Assembly: GCA_026770705.1 (NCBI GenBank)
Contig: JANJGN010000089.1
Coordinates: forward strand, 1,240,001-1,304,000
Origin: Isurus oxyrinchus
Taxonomy: Eukaryota
Length of the DNA: 64,000 nucleotides
Reading direction: 5' to 3'
This document shows positions 1 to 11,559 of this stretch, piece by piece. Position 1 is the stretch's first letter, and every line of letters begins with the position of its first letter. A program made the position numbers and the translations under genes. A model generated the notes under the pieces. The model did no database searches and had not been told where the DNA came from. It saw only the letters and a list, made by a program, of their open reading frames with translations.

Positions 1-257
1 TTATTTCATGCCCCCTGTTCGCTCTCCCAATTTCTTTTCAAGTAACCCACGGCACTTTCAATATTCCTGTAGGACTTCCCCAGTTTCTGAGCCCCTGGCA
101 TCTACCATAACATTTGCTGCTCTTTCTTTTTGCAATTCCGTTGTCCTCGGCATTCTGGGATTTCTGGACTTGTTGGTCAAATCATTCAAATTTACTGGCA
201 CATGTTGGCTCTGCAATCTCATTATTTCCCTTTTGAGTGACTCCCACTGCTCTAATG
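1..257 (-). mobile_element. CR1 LINE ORF2 fragment (EN-RT linker region)
   Basis: tcccttttgagtgactcccactgctct resembles the reverse complement of CR1 ORF2 sequence; no intact ORF. Confidence 0.45.
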
Positions 258-3200
258 GATTTATGTGGCGAGTCCGGATGAGTTTCGGTTCAGTGGTAAA
301 CCCAAGGATGTTGATCGTGAGGGATTCAGTGATGGTAATGGTCCTGAATGTTAACGGGTGATGGTTAGGTTACCTATTGTTGGGGCTGGTCACTGCCTGG
401 CTCTTGCTAGGCATGAATTCTACCTCCCACTTCTCAACACAAGCCTGGATATTGGTACATGGAGTGCTTCAGTGTCTCAGAAGTCGCGAATCTTGCAAGA
501 TATTATGCAATAATCAGCAAACATCCTTTCTTCTGACCTTACAATGGAAGGTAGGTTATTGATGACAGAGCTGAAGATGCATGGGCCTAGTCAACTAACT
601 GGAAGAACTCCTGAAGTGATGTCATGGAACTGAGATGACTGACATCAAAGAACCACAGCCATCTTTCTTTTTTGTGTTAGCTCTGCCTCCAACCAGCAGA
701 GAGTTTGTTCCCTGCTTCCTATTTACAACACTATCCCTAGAGCTCATTAATTTCACATTCGGTCAAATTCTGGCTGGATGTCAAGGGTAGTCACTGTCAC
801 TTCACCTCTCGGGTTCAACTGTTTTGTCCATGTGTGAGCCAAGGCTCTAATGAGGAAAGGAGCTGAGTGACCCAAACTGTATTTCACTGAGCAATTTATT
901 GTTAAGCAAATGCCTGTGATAGCATTTTCATGATTCCTTCCATTACTTTACAGAGGCTCGATCATAGACTGATGGGGCAGTAATTGGCCAGTTTGGATTT
1001 GTCCTGCTTCTTGTTTACAAGGATCATACCCGGGCAATTTTCCAATTTGCTGGTTGGATGCCATTGTTGCAGCTATACGGGAAAATATTTTATTTATGAA
1101 GTGTTCGTTCAATGAGTGCTCCTCCAGCAACACAATGATAACATTCCATAACTGCCCTCTTCAGCCATTTCACAGGTCATTTAAGAGTCAATCATATTGC
1201 TGTGAGAGGGAAGTCAAATTGAGAACTGAACAGGACAGCAGATATCCTCCACTCAAAGCTGTTACTGAACCAGCTGGCTTTTGAATACTATCGTTGATGG
1301 TTTCATATTCACCATGACTGAGACTAGTTTCAAATTCCGGATACTTGTAATGAATCCACGTTCAAAAAAGTGTTGTAATGGAATTTGAACGCACCTCCAT
1401 GGGGCATTTGCCTCGTCCTCTGGATGACTTTTCCAGCAAGACCATCACTAAACTTCCTCCACCTAGCTTGGCTCATGCACAGCAGGTTCTGGAACACAAA
1501 TCCTCAACTGCTTTGCAGAACATTGTAATTGCTGATAGCATTTGCAGTATCCAATTCTGTCTCCCATTACTTTATATCAAATGGAATGTGTCGAGTTCGC
1601 TGATGGCTGACATCTATGATGTTGGAGACATCAGGAGTAGGCCGAGTTGCAAGATTCATGCAAGTACTTCAGCATTACCTTTTGCACTGAATTTCTGGGC
1701 TCCCCCAACATTGAGGTTGGGGATATTTGCGGAGCATCCTCCTCCAGTGAGCTGTTTAATTGTCTACAACCATTCACGACTGGTTGTTGCAGGACTGAAA
1801 AGATTTGATATGATTTGTTGGCTGTGGGATCGCTTCGCTCTCTCTATCACTTGCTACATAAGCTGTTCGGCACCCGAGTAGTCTAATCATGTAGCTTCAG
1901 CGAGTTGACACCTGATTTTCAGTTATGCCTGGCGCCCATGTTGACGTGGTCCCCAGCATTCATCTTTGAACTAGTTGATCCCCTGGCTTGATAGTATTTG
2001 TAGATTGTAGGATATACTAGGCAGTGAGGTTGCATGTTATGTCCGTACATTATTCTATTGCAACTGATGGCCCACAGCCGATATTTGACTGACTACCTCT
2101 GTTAAATCAAAATGCAAGATAGCACTGTGGTAGCACCTCACAACATATTGGGGTATCCTCAATGTGAAAACGGTAGTTCGTCTCCAATAAGATCTGTTTG
2201 GTAATCATTCTTATCGATTCTGTCAAGGACTGATGCATCTTCGGTAGGCAGGGTGGTAAAGATGAGGTCAAGTACTTTTTACCACTTGTTGACTCCCTCA
2301 CCACCTGCCGCAAGATGAGACCAGCAGTCATGCCCATTAGGATTCGGCCAGCTAGGGCTGAAGTGGTGCTACCGACCCACAGTTGATGGTGGTCATTTCA
2401 GACCCCATCCCGAGTACGTTTTATCTCCCTAGCCACCCTCAGTGCTTCCAGCAAGTGTTGTTCAAACTTGGAAAATTATTAGTTTGTCAGCTAACCAGGG
2501 TGGTGAGGGGTTGGTGGCGATACGTGGTCATCAGCTGAAGATCTCCCTGCTCTTGTTTGAGCTGATGCCTTGAGATCTCATGGGTCTGGGGTCGATGTTG
2601 ACAACTCCCACAAGAGTCCATTCCTGACTGTAGACCACAGTGCCGCCACATCTGCTGGGCCTGTCCTGCCGGTGGTATGGGAAAGAGCAAGGGATCGTGA
2701 TGGTGGTGTCTGGATTATTACCTGTAATGTAGGATTCTGGGTGTGTGACGATGACAGCCTGCTGCTTGACTGGTCTGTTGGGATAGCCCGATGGAGCAGA
2801 AAACTTTTGGTGATAGAAACAGTGAACTATATAGAGAGATAGATTTAAAGTTGCTTACACGTGCGATCTCGACTCAAATCAGAAAAGTTTCACCTCCGGG
2901 ATTGCCCACACAAAGATCTCACTGGTCAGAGCCCTGAGTGCACATCACATGATCTATGATTGATCGAAAGGAGGAACTATACGCCCAGTTCTCACTGTGA
3001 GGCAGCTATCCCAATTTTGCGACACGCCCCCATCCACACACTCATGATATTTGAAAGGAGGACTTTGCAGTGTTGAAAATGTCTGGGTGGCAATTGTCGC
3101 TTCCAGTGCCTGGTTCAATGTCCATTGGCCCATCGAGTAACATTCCTTTTGGAGTTAGAAGTGTTCTGATACAACTGAGAGGCTTGCTGGGACATTTCAG

Positions 3201-3410
3201 AGTCAACCACGTTGCTGTGGGTCTGTAGTTACATGTATTTCAAACAAGTTGGGATTCAGATTTTCTTCCCTAAGGGGCAATCATGGAGCAGATGATTTTT
3301 TTTATTGGAAGTTAGCAATATTTTCAAGGGCTTCGAACCAGTGCCTTTAAAGCATTCGCTTGGCTCTCTGGACTACTTGTGCAGTGTTATTAGGTCTACA
3401 CCACCGCCGA
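258..3410 (-). mobile_element. Decayed non-LTR retrotransposon (CR1/L2-group family A): tRNA-like 5' head, endonuclease and RT; 3' truncated, with two nested insertions
   Basis: 258-800 matches the copies at 15030-15500 and 23400-23945 (which translates to ...SEVGMFADDCTM...). 1500-2790 continues through the linker and EN region. 3150-3410 carries the tRNA-like head. Confidence 0.75.
1160..1465 (-). mobile_element. SINE-like copy of the family A tRNA-like head, nested inside the LINE
   Basis: agagtcaatcatattgctgtg...cagatatcctccactcaaagctgttactgaaccagctgg...ggaatttgaac aligns with 3170-3410. Confidence 0.6.
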
Positions 3411-3934
3411 CCCCAGCCAGCCCTGAAGGGGGCAAGTAACAGTTTGGATCAGTCTTACTTTTTTTCTTGTCTTTACTGGGGTTTCATTTAAAGCTATACA
3501 AGACGAGTTCTGGATATAATTGTTACTTCCCAGTTCTAACTGGTGTTCCATTTTAAGCTCTGCAAGAACAGTTTTGGCAAGTGTTGTATTTCCCAGTGTT
3601 AAGTGTGCTTATTTCTTGTCCTGGTAGTGAATAACTGACTAGAGCCATTCCCCCAAGTGGAGCAGCTAAGGAAAGCTGAACAGAGGTAACTCTACTGAAT
3701 CATCAAAGCCCATCTGTCAGGCGCAGCAAACTGAGAAAGGGCTGGGGTCAATGTTTACATGCTAAGGAAGAGGCCTGAAGTGGGTATGACCTGGAGGGCG
3801 ATGTTTCAGATGGGCACACACCCCACCGTCCAAAAGGATCCTCTGAACCTCTTAACCAATACCTGCCTGCAGAGTTAAAGCTGTCAGGCTACACAGCTGG
3901 TACGGGGCTCCCGTTAGCCTATACAAATTAGACG

Positions 3935-4885
3935 CAGAGCTGAGATGAGGCATGCTATGGCCCAAGGTGATTTAGAGAAATTCGCTGTTGATACCACAAT
4001 GAACAGAGCATTTTGTGACTTCTCATACACTGAAACAGTCCAGGTCCAAATGCAGCAATACCTGCACAATATCCAAGCTTGGGCTGACAAATGAAAATTA
4101 AAATTCACACCCCATAAATGTCAGGAAATTACCATCTCCAACAAAACAAAATCCAACCATCACCAATTGATGTTCAATGGCAGTACCATCACTGCATTCC
4201 TCCACCATGAACGCCTTGGGATTAAAATTAACCCGATACTGAACTGGACTAGCCATATAAATACTATGGCCACCAGAACATCTCAGAGTCTAGGAATAGT
4301 GCGACGGGTAACCCACCTCCCTGCCGTCCAAAGCACGTTCACCATCTACAAGGCACAAGTCAGAAATGTGATGGAATATTTGGAAATTCCTGAATGCGTG
4401 CAGTGCACACAATACTCAGGAAGCTTGATACCATCCAGGACAAAGCAGCCCGGTTGATTAGCATTACATCCGCAAACATTCATTACCTCCACCAGAGACA
4501 CGCAACAGCAGCAGTGTGAATCATCTACAAGATGCACTCCTGGATTTCGCCAAGGCGCCTTCGAAAGCACCTTCCAACCCCATGAACAACGCCATCTAGA
4601 AGTAGCTTGGAAGCAGACACATGGGGGCACCAGCACCTAAAGTTTCCCTTCAAAACAATCAACCTCCTGACTTGGAAGCAAATTGATCTTCCTTCACTGT
4701 CGCTGCATCAAATTTCTGGAACTCCCTTCCTAACAGCAATGTGGATGCACCCAAACCACAAGGACTGTTGTGGTTCAGTACAGCAGTTCAACACTACCCT
4801 CTGAAGGGCAAAGAGGGTTGGGCAATAAATGCTGGCCCAGCAAGCGAAACTCACATCCCATGATTGAATAAATACATAATAATAA
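3935..4885 (+). mobile_element. Family A LINE, 3' part (RT C-terminus and 3' UTR)
   Basis: Translates to degenerate ...QMQQYLHNIQAWADK*...LNWTSHINTMATRTSQSLGIVRRV...TIYKAQVRNVMEY; ends cacatcccatgattgaataaa followed by (aat)n. Confidence 0.85.
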
Positions 4886-5799
4886 TAAAGTTGTGGGGCT
4901 GGCATGTAGGACGTACAAAGTGCCATCCCGTGTCATTTAGTTCTACATGTATACACATACAGGCCGGTCACTGTAAATGTTCACCATAAGTTATGCCAAT
5001 TCCTGATCCCATTCCTGTCACCAGGAGGACAGGAATTGGAATAATGGCATTTTATCCTCCTACCATTGAAGAAACAGAAAGCTCCATAATCAATGGAAGC
5101 TGCAGAGAACAGACAGGGGCCAGGAAAGACTTCGACCCCCTTAGGATAAGGGAGGAGATGGAACCCTGTATCATGGGAGTGGCTGTGACAGAGACTCTAG
5201 AATCTGATGTCACTGACAGCATTTGTGATGACTCTGTGTTTCTGCCTTATGCGGCTCCTGAAATCCCAGGTGACTTCATCCTGCTGCCTGGGATGATGTA
5301 CAAGATGAAAGACGGTGGTTCCATGGAGCTCATGCTTTGCATTCCACAATTTATCCCACTAAGCAGCACTTCCCATGCAACTCCCTCCCCACTACTTCTG
5401 ACATTGTGCAACTCCAATAACTGCCAGGATCCAAGCCACTGCAGCTTCAGCTAAGGGAGAGCGAGAGGGAATTTACAGAAGAGAGGGCAATTTGGAAAAC
5501 CAAGGAAGGACAGGAAGATATTGCGGTCTGACAAGAGTGACAGGGGGCGATGGAGAGAAACAACACACAAATCGGTACTGGGCAAATCAACGAGCACCAG
5601 TGGGCAGCAAGGGGGAACTTGTAGTTTGTCTCCCAGCTCACCAGATGGTGAGATCACAGTCGAGTTCTGATTAACGGGATTTAGATGACAAATTTGCTGG
5701 GTCATATGGAAGTGATTAGCGTACCCAGCTGTGATAGAGTACCTGGTGGATATTGTCTCAGCTTCGAATGCAGAACAGGCTGAAACCTTCCAACATTTC

Positions 5800-6575
5800 A
5801 ATGTCATGGAGTCAGAGAGGTCCGCAGCACAGAAAAAGGCTCTTCGTCTCATCCAGTCTGCACTGCTCATAACAGGACTAAACTCTTCTAATCCCATTTC
5901 CAGAACTAAGCTCATTTCCTTATATGCCAAGGCATATCAAGTTCAAATTGAAGTACTTCTTAAATGTTATTAGGGATTCTGCCTCTATCACTCTTTAAGG
6001 CAGTAAGTTTCAGATTCCCAGCACCCTCCGGGTGAAAAGTATTTATTCACAACCCCGCTAAACCTCCAGCCCCTTACATTAAACATTGGTCTCCTCGTTA
6101 TTGATCCCTCTACCAAGGGGAACAGTTCCTTCATGTCTACTGTATCCCTGCTCCTCTAATTGTATACATCTCGTTCATGTTCCTGCCATCAATCTCGTAT
6201 GCTCCAGGGAAAATAACATCAGTCGTTCTAATCTCTCCTCATAAATAAAGCCCTGCAGCCCATGCAAAATTATGGTAAATCTCCTCTTGACTCTCTCTCG
6301 TGCAATCACATCCTCCTACAATTTGGTTTGCAGAACTGCACGCAGTACCCTAGCTGTTGTTGAACCAGTGTTTCATACAGGTCCAGATTAACCACCTTGC
6401 TCTTCTATTCTGTACCTCAGTTAATAACAGCAAGTATCTCAGATGCCTTCTTAACCACCTTATCCAACTGTCCAGCTATGTTAAGGGGACGGTAGGCATG
6501 TACACCACGGTCCCTCTGATCTTCTGTATTTCCCAGGGTGCAAACATTTGTTGTGTATTCCCGTACCTTGTTTGC
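5800..6575 (-). mobile_element. CR1 LINE 3' fragment
   Basis: catggagtcagagaggtccgcagcacagaaaaaggctcttcg is a typical reverse-complemented CR1 3' end; cagaactgcacgcagtaccctagctg corresponds to the LEYCVQFW motif. Confidence 0.8.
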
Positions 6576-7269
6576 CCTCCACTGCTGCAGTGAAAGATTA
6601 GATGGGACTTATCAGATCCATGTTTGCTGCCATACAGTTTCAGACTGCTGTCATCATTGCTGTGGATCTCAGTGCTCAAAGGAACATGCAGAGTCTCTCA
6701 GCATTCCAGCTACCTGAGCCCCATCAGATAACTAGAATTGCTGTGGGTCCGCCCCGTGGGAATCACAGTGCCTCCATGGAGCACGAGCCTGTTGTCCTCT
6801 CTCAAGATGTCAGCAATTGTTCTCCCATCACTGCCACTGCGCCAGACTCCTTGCTCTTACCCATCAGCCAGCCCAGACGGCTGTTGCGAATGTGGAGATA
6901 GTGCGATTCCAATCTGAGCACTCAAGCTCCAGAACGGCTCCAAGGCTTACTTCAAGGCCATCTGCATTGGCACTGAAAGTCAGCAGCCTTCCACCAGCCA
7001 TGCTCCAGTCACTTGGCCAGGATTGTGTTAGAGCAATAGGCATTTCGATAGAACCAAGGAGACAAATAACTGGTGAATGCAGAAACTTTTTTATTTAAAT
7101 TGAAATGTTGTTGGATAATGGTGTCAATTAAAATGTTCCTTTTTTCTGTTTTTTTTTTATTACAGGATGTTGGCCAAGGGGAAGCTGTGATATTGTGTAT
7201 CAAATGGAGGTAGAAGTGGAGAAAGGGGGATCAATGTTCGGAACGGGAAGCTGTCCTATGGTGTCCAGA

Positions 7270-8340
7270 GTCTTATCAGGCAACTTACAACACCTCATTG
7301 GGTCAAAGGCGTCCCGGAAACGCCCTTTCTGCCTCTTCCTCCTCCTGCCCCAGCAGTGTCCTTCGGTCACTTCGTGACAATGCGTCTTTCCTCATGGTGG
7401 AGATCATTTGAAGAATGCAGCAGAACACCATGACCTTGAACAGCTGCTCCTGTGTGCATTTGATCATTGACTCCGATCGGTTCAGCAATCAGATGTGTTG
7501 CTTCGTCATCACAATTGTCACCTCCACGATATTTCTGAGGTTGCTATTGACCTCTATAAACATGTGTTATATTTATGTGGTTGGTTGGCTTTGGAGTTTG
7601 CTGCATACTTTGAGCCATTTATCGGGATTCATATCCGATAAGCTACCCTCTGCTTTTTAGTGGAGGCCCTGAGACGCTGGGAATGTCTGACTGCTTCAGA
7701 ATAAAGATATCGTGGCTGCTGTCAGGATAGTTGACGTTCACCAACATAGGGTAGCATGCTAGGTCTAAAAGCTGATTTTTATTTCAGGAGTGAGAGTTCT
7801 TTCAGTCCCTACACCTCTCCCCGTTGTCATGGCGGCCCAGCTGTGCCACGTACACCATCCTTGGAAATCATTGAGGCCTCTTATCCTGCTTCTCCCTGCT
7901 GAGGGAGAAAAATGTGGATTCACCGCACTCGGCATAGATTGTTTATGTCACCGAATGGATACATCAGTAGACTGAATACTATCAGGTGATGGATATGTCA
8001 CCAGCTCCTGCTTAGAAAGTGCCGGATCCATAGAGATTCAATGAATCTGTGACGTTGACGGCCACAGACAACAAGGATCGTCCTCACAATAGTGTGAGTC
8101 TCCAGGTTGCATTAGAGGAAGTGATACTGCTCCGTGCCCATCTCATTGTTTGTATGAGAGTTGCCTCACGCTTTGCTCCTTGTTCCGGTGTGGTTTGGTG
8201 AAGCCTTCTAGGAAATCCCTGCGTGGGTAGGGCAGAGCCCCGCTCGTCCTCCCTCTTTACAGAGCTTCCCTTCTTTGCAGTCTCTGCCCTCTTCGTAGGT
8301 CATGCTACAGACCTAGATGCACCATGAATTCAGTTCCCAT
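7270..8340 (-). pseudogene. Harbinger (HARBI1-like) DDE transposase remnant
   Basis: Minus-strand translation gives LSVAVNVTDSLNLYGSGTF*AGAGDIS, VNVNYPDSSHDIFILKQSDIP (YPGSxHD motif) and RNIVEVTIVMTKQHI*LLNRS...VMVFCCILQ, with stops and frameshifts. Confidence 0.85.
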
Positions 8341-8919
8341 AGTTTGACCAGAGTTGGATCATCAAACCCTGTGTCCTCGAAGAGTGTAGTGCAGGTCACC
8401 AACAGCCTCCAGAAATAATCTGCAGCACCTCCACTAACGAAACAATTCTACAAGTCAGTAATAGCCCCTCGGTTGCATACTAGATGCCTTTTTTATAACA
8501 GTAAATGAGGTTTTGATTGAGATAATATTACTTGAGAGTGAGGAGTAAAAGCGCTCAATGGGCAGGAACCGTTCAATACTCATAAACACGTGATGAAAAT
8601 GCTGACAACGCCTGTCCAACATGGAGCACTAGGTAGGAGATTCCAGCAACGGAACCCATAGAATTTCTGAACTCTGCTAGACCAGCACCAGTGACTCTAC
8701 GGAGCAAAAAATCAAATTCAGGAGAGATACATAGGGAAGGAAATACATTTTGATACGAAAGTTGTGCATATAATTAATGGGTAACAATTTGTGGTATATG
8801 GGGAAAGGGAATCTCACCCCTTGGAGGGATAAGGCCACATGAAGCATTCAAACGTGTTACTAATATTCTTTCATTGCTTTATTGGTTGAAATGGCTGGTT
8901 GATGTCAAATTCAGCCCCT

Positions 8920-10195
8920 GCCTCACAGGACCAGCCCATGGAGGGTACAGAGGGTTCTTATCGGGCCAACATGGTGAGATGTACAGCTCACACTGAATTT
9001 CCAGAATGCCAGAACAAGGAGAGCTGCAGAAGTGAGATACCACATGTCAAATAGCGAGACAGGCGTGGGTGAAATGTGGGTGAAAAGCTGAAATGTGAGC
9101 AATTGCAGGAATGTGAGAAGTATATAGATTTGGACAAGCAGCGGGGCAATGTCATTGAGGGATTTGATCACATGTGTGAGAATATTAACATTAAGGGATT
9201 GCAAAAGCATCTGACGATGCAGGTAAGTGAGCACAAAGATGCTGTGTGAACGGGTTCTGGTGTTCAGATATGGACAACGGAAGTTTTGGAATTGTTTTGG
9301 CAATTTTGTAACTGAGTGTGGACAGCAAATAAATGGAATGACTCAGACTGCAATTCATAATGACAACTGGAGTGATGCTGAGGTTGATAATCTGAAATTG
9401 ATTGTACACAGAGTTTGGGTTAACTGAGAGGTGGGGTAAGAAATTTGCTGAGGTTCAAAGAGGAAGCAGAGGTTTTAAGCCAATCCTTTCCACCTCAGAT
9501 ATTGGTCAGATTCAGAAATTAAATCACTGATTAGCAAACAGGCTAGGAATGGAGTCTATGGCCTCAATGTCCCCAATAACATGGATTAGAGACTGCGTAG
9601 CTCAATATTGGGGCTTCCCAGGAACCACAGCAACAGCAAATAGGAGAAAGTAAATAATATTAAAAAACATAGTTAACAGTGGTTACTAGACTTAATAATT
9701 GGTTAATGACACTCAACAGGTGACCCAAAAACAGCCAGAAGGCAGAGCAGACGTCAAGAACGGTAACACTCTTAAACATGGTTCCTGGAATGAATATCTG
9801 AATAGGGAACCTTACCAGGGACACCAACAAAAGCCAGGATAGGGTAGTAAAAGAGTTGAATAATGTAGAGAGCATATCGTATCCGCGTTGCTAAAGTTAT
9901 CCACGGATCATCTCGAGAAAGAGTCTGAATCCAATATGATAAAGTCCTGTCCATTTTTGGAACATTGCAATCTGTTGATCTCAGCTTCTGATCTCTCCTC
10001 TCTCTCTCCCTTGAAACGCTGATCCCTGTTAGAGTTGCAGGTGAGGTTCTCGCAGGCACTGTCAGATAACACCTTGGAAGGACTACCTTATTAATTGTAG
10101 GGAAAACCTCCAGTGGCACAGGTAGGATCCATGGAGACTGACATTAATTACAGTCGCTGAACAAACAGGGTCAGTTAACCCCTTTCATTCCAACA
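8920..10195 (+). mobile_element. Unclassified, possibly LTR-element internal plus LTR remnant
   Basis: Not CR1/L2-like; Cys/Trp-containing broken frame followed by a segment ending ...ttccaaca; no diagnostic motif. Confidence 0.2.
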
Positions 10196-10219
10196 CTTTT
10201 TTGTATCACAGCAAGGCAG

Positions 10220-10470
10220 AATATTTACCGGGTCTGCATGGGATGTATGAGATCAGTGAGGGAAGGAACATTGGAAATAGTGGAGTCTCTGACTAGAATC
10301 TTTCAATCCCACTTGGATATGAGAATGTTGCCGGCGGACTGCGGCTTATTAAATATAAATGTTAAAAGGAGAGAGTGATAACCCGTGCAACTACAGAGCT
10401 GTCAAAATGATTAAAGTGAATCATTGGGGAAGATTTTGGATTGTATCATCTGTGAAGAAATTACTTCAGG
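10220..10470 (+). mobile_element. CR1 RT N-terminal fragment
   Basis: gaaatagtggagtctctgactagaatctttcaatcc...aactacagagctgtc resembles EIxxxLxxIFxxS...NYRPV. Confidence 0.55.
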
Positions 10471-11378
10471 CCATAATCAACGGTAAAATATTTATTACTT
10501 TCTGAAAAAAGAGGCTTTACAAATGACCAGAATCAGTGATATTTTAAGGGAAGAAGTATCAGCTAACAGTGAATGTATTTTTTTTTCTACAATGTCAGAA
10601 TAACTTTGATGGGGGAAGTGAGTTTTTGACGTTAAGTACATGAACACAGTGTGAGCAAGTGTCATTTAATGACGTTCTTATAGAAACTGAGCACCATGGT
10701 TTAAAGGGCCAGTTACAATGCGGGAATGACGTTCCCAAATAGGCAGAAATCAGGGGAGATCTCCTGTACAATGGCTTTTCATGTTGTCTTTTTACAATGA
10801 TATAAAGGCACTCATCGTTCGTAATGCTTTGAGCTGTGGGGTCAATTATTGAGATTAGGCACATGGAAATATTAATACCGATGTATGCCGTTTGAAGACA
10901 CGTCAGCAGCAAAACTGTGTGTCGTGTTCTGCTAACAGTCAAAAGTGAAACAAAAACTGGATGGATTGACACACGACCCCTTCCACTGATTTCATTCTAT
11001 GCTCACTCAAACACATTATAACATCACCTTATCTATATAGTTATAGTTCTCAATCTTTCCAAACAAGTACAGGTATTGACATTACATCTGCATGTTTAGT
11101 GCCCATTACATAATGTATAGAATTGAAGCAGCGATGCGTCTCGTAATTGTTGATGGAACCTGCTTATACATTGAGATCCTGTAATGGTAAACATGTCTAG
11201 AGGCTACTTAAATTGCTCTCAGTGATTTGCCTGCCATTCTTCGATGTTTTTCTTGGAAGCGTTTGGGATCTGGTCCTCGATGCAATATGTCAGTTTAGTT
11301 CATCAGGAGCTGGGTGGACCTGCTTTGAACTCGATTATGCCTCACCATTCAACAAATTTTTGTTATGGCTGTTGTATC

Positions 11379-11380
<2 letters not shown>

Positions 11381-11413
<33 letters not shown>

Positions 11414-11490
11414 GTGTGTTCTGTTCATGTGCGTGTGTTCATGCATTTATGTCCGTGTGTGAGAGTATGTTTCCATGTGTGCATGTGAGT
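11381..11490. repeat. (TG)n microsatellite with degenerate tail
   Basis: Perfect (TG)15 at 11381-11410, then an imperfect TG-rich extension. Confidence 0.95.
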
Positions 11491-11559
11491 CTATATTGCA
11501 AATCACTGGTATCAATATAAATAATTCCGGTTCAGTACCAGGTTTTAAATATCCAATTT

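Larger units (their letters stand above)
4900..8670. mobile_element. Decayed PIF/Harbinger DNA transposon (transposase on minus, probable second gene remnant on plus), interrupted by a CR1 fragment
   Basis: Transposase remnant is clear (next feature). The plus-strand low-complexity ORFs at 4993-5780 and 6570-7098 are interpreted as the partner Myb/SANT-like gene from known Harbinger organisation. TIRs not located. Confidence 0.5.
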
